64,000 nt of DNA from Dehalococcoidia bacterium (GTDB lineage: Bacteria > Chloroflexota > Dehalococcoidia > Bin125), in contig OY820591.1 in the NCBI GenBank assembly GCA_963555985.3, positions 896,001 to 960,000 of the forward strand. The letters are read 5' to 3'. The translations under genes and the position numbers were made by a program. Positions 9,723-17,835 of this stretch are shown piece by piece. Position 1 is the first letter of the stretch. Every line of letters begins with the position of its first letter. The notes under the pieces are model-generated. The model had not been told where the DNA came from. It worked only from the letters and a program-made list of their open reading frames with translations, and made no database searches.

Positions 9723-10050
9723 CCTCTTCGCCGCCTTCCTCGTCGTCATCCTCCGGCGGCAGCTGGCCGCCGCGCTGGAGGATGCGCACTTTCTGGATGT
9801 TGGTGAGCTTCTTCTTCTTGGGTTTGCCGTTCGTCTCCGGTTCGCCGAGGATCGGCTCGGCCAGGCGCTTGGCCAGGTCCTTGGTCTGGTCGTAGAGGCC
9901 GAGGATGCGGGCGAGCGCGTTGGTCGCCTGATGCTGGATGTAGGGGGGTCCGTTGTTGGCCTGGTGCTGGAGCTTGGCGACGACGGCCTTGGGGCTGAAG
10001 GGGAGGGGCGGGTTGTAGGCCTGGTGGAAGCCGATGGTGGCGGCGCTCAT
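9706..10050 (-). CDS. Terminase small subunit-like protein (114 aa)
   Basis: AAGGA RBS; QATNALARILGLY resembles the TerS KALELLGKHLGMF helix; acidic tail; overlaps TerL stub start. Confidence 0.5.
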   Translation of the reverse strand: MSAATIGFHQAYNPPLPFSPKAVVAKLQHQANNGPPYIQHQATNALARILGLYDQTKDLAKRLAEPILGEPETNGKPKKKKLTNIQKVRILQRGGQLPPEDDDEEGGEEDADPL

Positions 10051-10060
10051 GGGGGTTGGT

Positions 10061-10143
10061 CCTTTCTTGGAGGTTCTCGGACTGATGACCTTATATGGAT
10101 AGATGTTCGATTGGCAAGTTGGCGGGTGTGTCGTGGTTGTCGG
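10061..10143 (-). promoter_or_regulatory. Conserved promoter, copy 1 (TTGCCA-N16-TATAAG with GAAC-N4-ATCC in the spacer)
   Basis: About 63 of 83 nt identical (manual count) to 27187-27269. Confidence 0.6.
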
Positions 10144-10181
10144 AAGGCGCATGTGGGTTCTGTTGGGTTGCGGCGTTTTCA

Positions 10182-10490
10182 CCCCCTCTGTCACTTCGTG
10201 ACATCTCCCCCTTGAGGGGGAGATTCTTTTGGGGAAGGGGAGAGGAGAGTTGTTGGGCGGCGTTTGCGCTGGTTGGGGGCGTTTCACCCCCTCTGCTCCT
10301 GCGGGGCATCTCCCTCCCCGCCTGCGCGGGGACAGGCTCTTGTGGGGGAGATTTTGGGGGAGGTGGGGTTTGGGGTGGTTGGTCGTGCTCACGGCGAGAT
10401 ACCCGCGACGGAGCGCGGGTATGACGGAGGTGAGGGCGGCCCCCCCTCTGTCACTACGTGACATCTCCCCCCGCATTGCGGGGGGAGAGG
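10182..10490. repeat. Cluster of REP-like palindromes (families A and B plus nested hairpin)
   Basis: Family A at 10182, 10287 and 10441; family B GAGATACCCGCGACGGAGCGCGGGTATGACGG at about 10396. Confidence 0.8.
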
Positions 10491-10532
10491 GGGAAGTGGA
10501 GCGGGAGGAGGTTTGGAGAGGGGGTGGGGTCT

Positions 10533-11410
10533 CTAGGGTTCGATGCCGGCGTCTTGTTCGGCGGAGAGGAGGGTGGCCATGACTGATTTGTGTGAGAGGC
10601 CGCGATTTTTGGCTCGGAAGAGGGTGTCGGCGGCTGCGGCGGCGATTGGGAGGGGCATTCCCTCCTCGCGCGCGACCTGCACTGCCAGCGAGACGTCTTT
10701 GGCGGCCCACTGGAGGAAGAAGGAGGGGTCGTCGAACTCTCGCTTGAGCAGCGCGGGCATATTGCCGACGTAGTTGCGAGCGGAAGCGACGCTCATCACC
10801 TCGTGCGCGCGGGCCGGGTCGAGGCCGGCCTTTTCGGCGAGCACGGTCGCTTCGATCAGAACTTGCATTGAGGTGATGCCGACCATGTTGTTGATGATCT
10901 TGGTCAGCGCGCCCATGCCCAACTCGCCCATGTGGAAGACGTTGTTGCCGATGCATTCGAGCACCGGCTTGTATTTCTCGAAGGATGCTTCGTCGCCTCC
11001 GACCATCACAGCGAGTTCGGCACGGATTGCGCCGTCTACGCCGTTGCTGACGGGGGAATCGTGAAAGATCACGCCGAGCGCGGCGGCGCGCTCGGCGAGC
11101 ATTCGCACGGTTGAGGGGAGGTTGGTAGAAAGGTCGAAGCAGACGAGTCCCGGCTCCGCGCCTGCGAAGACGCCCTCCGCTCCACGCATCACAGCGGTGA
11201 TTTCGGGCGGCCCGGGCAGCGAGGTGAGCACGACTTCGGACTGGGCGGCGACGGCGGCGGGAGATTCCGCCCAGACCGCGCCCAGTTCGATCAGGTTGGC
11301 GGTGTGTTCCTCAACCAGATCGTGCACCACCACCCGATGTCCGCCCTTGATCACATTGGCGCAGATGGGGTTGCCAATCTTGCCGGTACCGATAAAGCCA
11401 ACGTCTGCCA
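10533..11410 (-). CDS. NAD(P)-dependent beta-hydroxyacid dehydrogenase (3-hydroxyisobutyrate dehydrogenase family)
   Basis: VGFIGTGKIG, DSPVSNG and KIINN motifs. Confidence 0.88.
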
Positions 11411-11474
11411 TAGGAAGGCCTTTCTGCTCCGTCACACTCATGTCAGAGCCGACGATACACGTCAAGGGCGAAGC

Positions 11475-11894
11475 CTATCGGTGACGATTGCGATAGTGCC
11501 GCTCGTCTGGCATGGGCAGGTCGGGGGGCAGCGTGCGATGCGCATCATCAAGTAGGGATAGCAGCCCTCGAATCTGCTCGAGCCGCTGACGGATCGTTTC
11601 TAACGAGTAGCGGTCTTCGTAGAAGTTCTGGTGCGTGTCGCTGGCGATCGCGAAGAGCGCGGAGATTTGCGGATTGGCGGACTGATCAGAGATGTACTGG
11701 ATGATCGCCCAGCCGTCAGCATGACTGCTGTTAGGCCATTCACGCTCGGCGGCGACCTCCTTCAAGCGATGAGCCGCAGCCCCCCAGATCTTCTCGCAGG
11801 CTTGGAGACGGTCGCCCTGCGCGATCATCTCCGCCGCGTGCTCAAGCATTCGGCGGCTGTGGATGGCGTGGCTCTCGATTGGCTCGGTGGTCAT
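11475..11894 (-). CDS. PaREP1/HEPN-like protein, tandem copy 3
   Basis: GDRLQACEKIWGAA and HQNFYED motifs; 420 bp. Confidence 0.75.
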   Translation of the reverse strand: MTTEPIESHAIHSRRMLEHAAEMIAQGDRLQACEKIWGAAAHRLKEVAAEREWPNSSHADGWAIIQYISDQSANPQISALFAIASDTHQNFYEDRYSLETIRQRLEQIRGLLSLLDDAHRTLPPDLPMPDERHYRNRHR

Positions 11895-11913
11895 TCGTTT
11901 GCTCCACTCGTTT

Positions 11914-12333
11914 TCACTGATGCCGGTTGCGGTAGTGGCGGTCGTCGGGCATAGGCAGGTCGGGCGGGAGCGTGCGGTGCGCTTCGTCCAGTAGGGAGAG
12001 CAGTTCGGTAATGGCATCGAGCCGTTCTTCTAAGAGCGCCAACGGAAGGCGATCCTCGTAGAAATTCTGGTGGGTGTCGCTGGCGATGGCGAACAGTTCG
12101 TTGATCCGCCTTTCACCGGCTTGCGTTGCGAGATGCTGGACGATTGCAAAGCCGTCGGTATGGCTGCTGTTGGGCCATTGGCGCTCGGCGGCGATCTCCT
12201 TGACTCGATGCACCGCGGCTCCCCAGATTTTCTCGGAGGCTTGGACGCGGTCGCCTTGCGCGATCATCTCCGCTGCGTGGTCGAGCATCCGGCGGCTGTG
12301 GACGGCGTGACTCTCGATTGGTTCGGTGGTCAT
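11914..12333 (-). CDS. PaREP1/HEPN-like protein, tandem copy 2
   Basis: GDRVQASEKIWGAA and HQNFYED motifs; 420 bp; GGAG RBS. Confidence 0.75.
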   Translation of the reverse strand: MTTEPIESHAVHSRRMLDHAAEMIAQGDRVQASEKIWGAAVHRVKEIAAERQWPNSSHTDGFAIVQHLATQAGERRINELFAIASDTHQNFYEDRLPLALLEERLDAITELLSLLDEAHRTLPPDLPMPDDRHYRNRHQ

Positions 12334-12353
12334 TCGTTTGCTCCCCTCGTCTC

Positions 12354-12773
12354 TCACTGATGCCGGTTGCGGTAGTGGCGGTCGTCGGGCATAGGCAGGT
12401 CGGGCGGGAGCGTGCGGTGCGCTTCGTCCAGGAGTGCGAGCAGCTCGCGAACGGATTGGAGCTTGTCTTCCAGGGCGTCGAGCGGGAGACGGTCTTCGTA
12501 GAAGTTCTGATGCGCGTCGTTGGCGACGCCGTAGAAGTCAGAAATGCGGCGATCTCCGGTGTGTTTTCTGAGGTAGTGGATGATCGACCAGCCGTCGGTG
12601 TGGCTGTCGTTGGGCCATTCGCGCTCGGCGGCGATTTCTTTGACTCGGTGGGCGGCTGCGCCCCAGATTTTCTCGGAGGCTTGGACGCGGTCGCCCTGGG
12701 CGATCATCTCGGCTGCGTGGTCGAGCATTCGGCGGCTGTGGACGGCGTGGCTCTCGATTGGCTCGGTGGTCAT
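12354..12773 (-). CDS. PaREP1/HEPN-like protein, tandem copy 1
   Basis: GDRVQASEKIWGAA and HQNFYED motifs; 420 bp; GGAG RBS. Confidence 0.75.
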   Translation of the reverse strand: MTTEPIESHAVHSRRMLDHAAEMIAQGDRVQASEKIWGAAAHRVKEIAAEREWPNDSHTDGWSIIHYLRKHTGDRRISDFYGVANDAHQNFYEDRLPLDALEDKLQSVRELLALLDEAHRTLPPDLPMPDDRHYRNRHQ

Positions 12774-12894
12774 TCGTTTGCTCCAGGGCCGGCGCGTGAT
12801 CGGAGCGACTGTGTTCGCGCACTCGGGGGGTTGGAGGTCCATCGCCACGATAGCTGCGCGGGCGCTGGGCGAGTGCGGGGGTATGCTCGCTTGC

Positions 12895-14109
12895 GTGACG
12901 ATTGCGAATACCGACTCCGAGGCCGGCGCGCTCGCAGGGGTGCGTGTGATCGAGATTTCAGAGAGCTCCGCCGGCGCCTACTGCGGACGTTTGCTGGTTG
13001 GGATGGGCGCAGAGGTCACGCTGATCGAACCGCCGGCGGGTTCTCCGCTGCGGCGTCGCGGCCCGTTTCGGGATGATGATCCCGACCGCGAGGGCGGGGC
13101 GACGCATCTGCATTTGCAACGGGGCAAGGGTTCGATCCGGCTTGATCTCAGTGCGGCTTCCGCGCGGCGGATTGCGGAGCGGGCGTTTGCCGAGGCGGAT
13201 GTGGTGATCATCGATCTTGCGCGTGAGCAGTGGAGTTCGCTTGGGCTCGAACCTCGCGTTTTGCGTGAGCGTTATCCGCAGATGCATATCTGTACGCTGA
13301 CGCCGTATGGGTCTGAGGGGCCCAAAGCGGACTGGCGAGCGAGTGAATTGACGGCCTATGCAGCGGGCGGGTACCTGCGGATCACGGGCGACCCTGAGCG
13401 TGAGCCGGTGAAGGCTTGGGGCGAGCAAGGGCATCTGCAAGCGGGTTTGCACGCGGCGCTGGGGATTGTCGCGGCGCTCCACGCTCAGGATGCGGGCGCG
13501 GCTGCGGGGCAGTTGATTGATGTCGCAGTGGTCGAAGCGGTCGCCTTTCTGCTTGGCGGCAGCTATCAACATGCCTGGTTCCATGACCATGAGCCGATGC
13601 GGAATGGCCCGCGGCTGGTCGGTTTTGGGCCGGGCCATCTCTATCCGAGCACGATTCGGCCCTGTCTGGACGGCTGGGTTCATGCGCATTGCAATAATCG
13701 CTACCCCGAAGCGATGGCGCTGCTGTTTGAGCAGCCACGTCTGGCTGATCCTGAGCTGTTGGGGACGCTGATGGGTCATGCGGATGAGGTGGATGCACTG
13801 ATGGCGCCGATGCTCGAGCGGACGCCTCGGCGCGAAGTGGTTCGGCGCGCGCAGGAATTGCGGATTCCGTTCACAGAGGTACTGGCGCCGTCGGAGGTGA
13901 TGGCGGACGCGGACGGCCATCACGCCAGCCGCGAGTTCTGGCAAGACTCGCCCCATCCTCGGGGCGGTGAGTATCGGTCGCCGGGGCCGGCGATCCGGTT
14001 CGGGCGGAGCCGATGGCGCGACGGGACGGCGCCGCGCCTTGGGCAGGACAACGAGAGGCTTGGCGAGCGCTCGGAGCGGGCGCGTTGGAGGCGGGCCGGT
14101 GTGGCCTGA
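12895..14109 (+). CDS. Family III CoA-transferase (CaiB/BaiF), probably a non-catalytic subunit
   Basis: ALAGVRVIEI, GAEVTLIEPP and RGKGSIRLDL motifs; His in place of the catalytic Asp; start approximate. Confidence 0.85.
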   Translation: MTIANTDSEAGALAGVRVIEISESSAGAYCGRLLVGMGAEVTLIEPPAGSPLRRRGPFRDDDPDREGGATHLHLQRGKGSIRLDLSAASARRIAERAFAEADVVIIDLAREQWSSLGLEPRVLRERYPQMHICTLTPYGSEGPKADWRASELTAYAAGGYLRITGDPEREPVKAWGEQGHLQAGLHAALGIVAALHAQDAGAAAGQLIDVAVVEAVAFLLGGSYQHAWFHDHEPMRNGPRLVGFGPGHLYPSTIRPCLDGWVHAHCNNRYPEAMALLFEQPRLADPELLGTLMGHADEVDALMAPMLERTPRREVVRRAQELRIPFTEVLAPSEVMADADGHHASREFWQDSPHPRGGEYRSPGPAIRFGRSRWRDGTAPRLGQDNERLGERSERARWRRAGVA

Positions 14110-15388
14110 GGCGCGGCTGGAGCCGTATCCGGAGTCGCCTCGGCGTCCGCTGGCGGGGGTTCGCGCGCTTGATCTGACGACGGCGGTGGCGGGACCGGTG
14201 GCGACGTTGCTGCTGGGGGCGCTTGGGGTTGAGGTGTTGCGGATCGAGACTCCCTGGGCGCGTCCGCGCCGTCCGGCGTCGGCACTGGCGGTTGGGGCGG
14301 GAATGGTGGACGAACCCTGGAATCGCGAGCCTCGGCTGAATGAGCTTGCGAATAGCAAGCGATCGGTTGCGCTCAACCTAGCTAGCGAAGAGGGGCGTTC
14401 GGTCTTTCTTGATCTGGTTGCGGTGAGCGATGTGGTCTTGGAGAACTATTCGCCTCGGGTGATGGGTAATTTTGATCTGGAGTGGGATGTGTTGCGCGGG
14501 CGGAACCCCAGGCTGATCTATGTGTCGATGCCCGCGTTTGGGAAATCGGGTCCGTGGCGGGATCGGATTTCTTATGGGCCGGGGATTGATGCGATGAGCG
14601 GGCTTTCTTGGTTGACGGGTTATGCGGACGGCTCGCCGCTGAAGCCCGGCAATTTCTACTGCGATCAGAACGCGGGGTTGCACGCGGCGCTGGCGACGAT
14701 TGCGGCCTTGCGGGCTCGGGAGCGCGACGAGACAGGGCAGACGGTTGAATTGGCGATGCTGGAGGGTGAGCTTAATTTGATCGGAGAGGCGATGGTGGGT
14801 CAGCAACTCTCCGGCCGGGAGCCGACCCGAATCGGCAACGAACATTCCAGCTTCGCTCCTCATGGCGTCTATCCGGCGCGGCCGCGTGCTGATGATGCGG
14901 ATACGTGGATCGCCATCAGCTGCCGCAACGATGACGAGTGGCGTGGGCTGTTGGAGGTGTGGGCGGACGAATGCGTAGGGGGAGATCGCCGCTTTGCAAC
15001 CGGACTCAGGCGTTGGCGGCATCGGGCGGCACTCGACCGGTTGCTGGCGGAGTGGACGCGCGAACAGGATGCGTTGGCGCTGTCCGAGCGTCTGCAAGGC
15101 GTCGGGGTACCAGCGTCAGCGGTGATGGGGGCGCGTGCGTTGTTGCGCGATCCTCAGGTGGCGGCGCGGCAGTCGGTTGGTGGTCTGGATCATGCTCAGG
15201 TGGGACTGTCTCCCGCTCCGCAGGCGGCCTACCGGCTCTCGGAGACCCCGGCGGCGCCCAAGAATGCGGCGCCGCTATTCGCGGCGGATACGGTTCCCGT
15301 ACTGCGCGAAATCTTGGGATACTCAGAGGCGCGGATCGCTCGGCTGATCGCCTCCGGCGCAGCGAGCGATCAACTGCGCGAGCGCTAA
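14099..15388 (+). CDS. Family III CoA-transferase (CaiB/BaiF)
   Basis: PLAGVRALDL, NSKRSVALNL, ENYSP and YCDQNAG (catalytic Asp); GGAGG 7 nt before GTG. Confidence 0.85.
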   Translation: MWPEARLEPYPESPRRPLAGVRALDLTTAVAGPVATLLLGALGVEVLRIETPWARPRRPASALAVGAGMVDEPWNREPRLNELANSKRSVALNLASEEGRSVFLDLVAVSDVVLENYSPRVMGNFDLEWDVLRGRNPRLIYVSMPAFGKSGPWRDRISYGPGIDAMSGLSWLTGYADGSPLKPGNFYCDQNAGLHAALATIAALRARERDETGQTVELAMLEGELNLIGEAMVGQQLSGREPTRIGNEHSSFAPHGVYPARPRADDADTWIAISCRNDDEWRGLLEVWADECVGGDRRFATGLRRWRHRAALDRLLAEWTREQDALALSERLQGVGVPASAVMGARALLRDPQVAARQSVGGLDHAQVGLSPAPQAAYRLSETPAAPKNAAPLFAADTVPVLREILGYSEARIARLIASGAASDQLRER

Positions 15389-15411
15389 CGGACGCTCACC
15401 AGGAGGCGGCT

Positions 15412-15792
15412 ATGCCGATTCGTAAACCGTGGACGGAGTATTCCGCAGCAGCGATTCGGGCGATCCCGGCGGTCGTGGGCGTGTATGAGATCGCCGATGG
15501 CGACGGGCGTCTGCTCTACATCGGGCAGGCGGGCGGGCGCGAGCGGTTTGGCTTGCGCACGCGGATTGGGTCGCACTTCGACGGTTCCGACGGCAATGCT
15601 GTGCTGCGGGAGCGCGCGGCCCTATTTCGCTGGGAGAGCAACCAGCAGTACACCAGCAAGCGGCTGGAGATGCTGATGCAGTTTCAGCGTGACGAGGGCG
15701 CGGAGTGGCCGCCCGGAAACGCAGCCGGCGATTGGCGGGATATGCCCCAACTAGGGCGGTTGCGGAGATCGCAGCAGATCGGAGGATCGTGA
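15412..15792 (+). CDS. Small GIY-YIG-like domain protein
   Basis: GVYEI...LLYIGQAG...LRTRIGSH; AGGAGG RBS. Confidence 0.7.
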   Translation: MPIRKPWTEYSAAAIRAIPAVVGVYEIADGDGRLLYIGQAGGRERFGLRTRIGSHFDGSDGNAVLRERAALFRWESNQQYTSKRLEMLMQFQRDEGAEWPPGNAAGDWRDMPQLGRLRRSQQIGGS

Positions 15793-16961
15793 TGGAAGTT
15801 CTGATGAGCGAAGAGCAGCGCATGATCACACAGGCGGTGCGCCGCTTCGTGCGGGAAGAAGTGCAGCCGCTGGAGCGCGATCTCGATCCGGATGCGGTTG
15901 AGCTGCCTCCGGGCGAGCTGGATCGGCTTAAGGGCATCGTGCGCGAGATGGGTCTCTACCACATCGACGTGCCGGAGGATTACGGCGGTCCTGGTTTGCC
16001 CCTGACCACGCGCGGCTTGGTGGCGGAGGAGATGTCGCAGCATCGCGCGGGGCTGTACTTGCCTTGCTACGGCGCGTTCGGCTCTGCCGGGCTGGCGCAG
16101 CTGTATGACGCTTCCGACGATCAGAAGGATCGCTATCTCTATCCGATGCTGCGCGGCGAGAAGCGGGCTTTCTTCGGGCTGACCGAGCCGAGCGGCGGTT
16201 CCGATCCGGCTCGCGCGATCCAGACTCGCGCGGTCAAGGATGGGGACGAGTGGGTGCTGAACGGGTCGAAGCTGTTCAGCTCGGGCGCGGATCGGGCGGA
16301 TTTCGGTTTGGTCTTCGCTCGCACTGATCCGTCAAAGGGACGGCGCGGCATTTCCGCCTTCCTGGTCGATACCGACTCGCCCGGCTTTGAGGTTCGGCGG
16401 GTTGTGCATACCTTGCGCTCGGCGAACTACGGCACGGAGCTGTCGTTCGACGATGTGCGCGTGCCGGCGGCCAACCTGGTCGGCGAGGAGGGCGGCGGAT
16501 TCTCGCTGGCGAACGCGAACCTGACGCGGCAGCGGATTCCCTACTCGGCGACGTGCATTGGGATTGCGGTGGCAGCGCAGGAGATGGCGATCAGCTACAG
16601 CCAGCAGCGGGAGACGTTCGGCGCGCCGTTGGCCTCGCGGCAGGCGATCCAGTGGATGATCGTCGATAACGAGATCGATATTCGTACGGGGCGGTTCATG
16701 TACCTGGCTGCGGCGGAGAAGGCGGAACAAGGCGATCCCTTCCGTTTCGAGGCGGCGATGGCCAAGCTGACCTCAACCGAGGGCGCGAGCCGGGTGGTGG
16801 ATCGCTGTATCCAGATTCATGGGGGCATCGGTGTGACCAAGGATTTGCCGTTGGAGCGCTGGTATCGGGAGATGCGGATTCGGCGGATTGGGGAGGGTCC
16901 GTCGGAGGTGCAGCGGATCATCATGGCGCGGGATCTGTTGGGTCGGGGGAGTAGCGGGTAG
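15792..16961 (+). CDS. Acyl-CoA dehydrogenase
   Basis: FGLTEPSGGSD, RETFGAPL, QIHGGIG and RIGEGPSEVQR motifs. Confidence 0.93.
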   Translation: MEVLMSEEQRMITQAVRRFVREEVQPLERDLDPDAVELPPGELDRLKGIVREMGLYHIDVPEDYGGPGLPLTTRGLVAEEMSQHRAGLYLPCYGAFGSAGLAQLYDASDDQKDRYLYPMLRGEKRAFFGLTEPSGGSDPARAIQTRAVKDGDEWVLNGSKLFSSGADRADFGLVFARTDPSKGRRGISAFLVDTDSPGFEVRRVVHTLRSANYGTELSFDDVRVPAANLVGEEGGGFSLANANLTRQRIPYSATCIGIAVAAQEMAISYSQQRETFGAPLASRQAIQWMIVDNEIDIRTGRFMYLAAAEKAEQGDPFRFEAAMAKLTSTEGASRVVDRCIQIHGGIGVTKDLPLERWYREMRIRRIGEGPSEVQRIIMARDLLGRGSSG

Positions 16962-16976
16962 GCCGGTCTACCGGCT

Positions 16977-17005
16977 TTGACAATCTGAGTGACGCTGGAT
17001 ACTCT
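16977..17005 (+). promoter_or_regulatory. Sigma70-type promoter TTGACA-N17-TACTCT
   Basis: Perfect -35 box and 17-nt spacer upstream of the NYN gene. Confidence 0.65.
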
Positions 17006-17011
17006 GTCTTC

Positions 17012-17120
17012 GCGCTGGTGGGGAGCGCTGCCCTGATCCGAGTTAAGGCGAGGCACGGTCACCCACACACTTTCTCGCCCCGCTCTCCGGCCTAGCGCTC
17101 CGGACGGCGGGGCTTCTCTG
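17012..17120 (+). ncRNA. Candidate structured leader or small RNA upstream of the NYN gene
   Basis: Stems GTGGG/CCCAC and GCCCCGC/GCGGGGC followed by TTCTCT; cross-pairing GGAGCGCT/AGCGCTCC. Confidence 0.4.
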
Positions 17121-17133
17121 GTTAAGACATTTC

Positions 17134-17763
17134 GTGTCCGAGTTTCGCCTCGCACTCTTCATCGACTATCAGAACGTCTTTCAAGGTGCGCGGAAAACGT
17201 TCCGCTTGAGCGGCAAAGCATCCGCTGGACAGTTCAGGCCGCGCGATCTCGGACTCTTGCTGAGTACACGGAGCACCCAGTTTCGACCCAAGGGAAGGGC
17301 GGTGTTGCAAGAGGTACGTGTCTATCGCGGCAAGCCGTCGCGTAGACACAAGAGTTTCGACCCGTGGCAACGCCAGGAGGCAGCTTGGAAGCGCAGTGGC
17401 GTTACGCTCGTCTCCCGACGGTTGAGAGGAAGTGGTGCCACGGTTCGTGAAAAAGGAATCGACGTCGCCTTGGCGCTCGATTTCTATGCCGGGGCTAGAA
17501 ACGGAGACTTCGACGTCGGCATTCTGTTTTCGATGGACTACGATCTTGCTCCGGCGATTGAGAAGGTACGCACCGAGCTCCCGGAGGTCATCGTTGAGAC
17601 GGCGGTCTGGTACGACGGCACGTCGCAGGCACGGCGCTCAATTGTCGATCAGGGTTTCCGCAACGCCTATCCGCTAGAGCATCATTTGCTTGACGCAGCG
17701 GACTACAGAAGCGTCCGCGATACGACGAACTACACACTCAAAAGGCGTCAGCGACGCACATGA
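17134..17763 (+). CDS. NYN domain (PIN-like) ribonuclease
   Basis: LFIDYQN, EKGIDVALALD and LFSMDYDLAPA motifs. Confidence 0.88.
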   Translation: MSEFRLALFIDYQNVFQGARKTFRLSGKASAGQFRPRDLGLLLSTRSTQFRPKGRAVLQEVRVYRGKPSRRHKSFDPWQRQEAAWKRSGVTLVSRRLRGSGATVREKGIDVALALDFYAGARNGDFDVGILFSMDYDLAPAIEKVRTELPEVIVETAVWYDGTSQARRSIVDQGFRNAYPLEHHLLDAADYRSVRDTTNYTLKRRQRRT

Positions 17764-17835
17764 ATCACTGACCACGTTGCAGACTTGTTGATCGTCCTAT
17801 TGACGAGTTGCGACGGACGCCGTGGTCTACAGCAG

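Noticed and set aside
10182-10490. Repeat cluster as a CRISPR array
   Set aside because: Repeats are heterogeneous, spacing is irregular and there are no cas genes
9706-10956. 416-aa ORF as a single gene
   Set aside because: The 5-prime part crosses another gene and REP repeats; only the last 114 codons have an RBS and promoter
11475-12790. Triplication as a DGR or an assembly artefact
   Set aside because: No reverse transcriptase, differences are not adenine-specific, and the copies are too diverged for a collapse or expansion artefact
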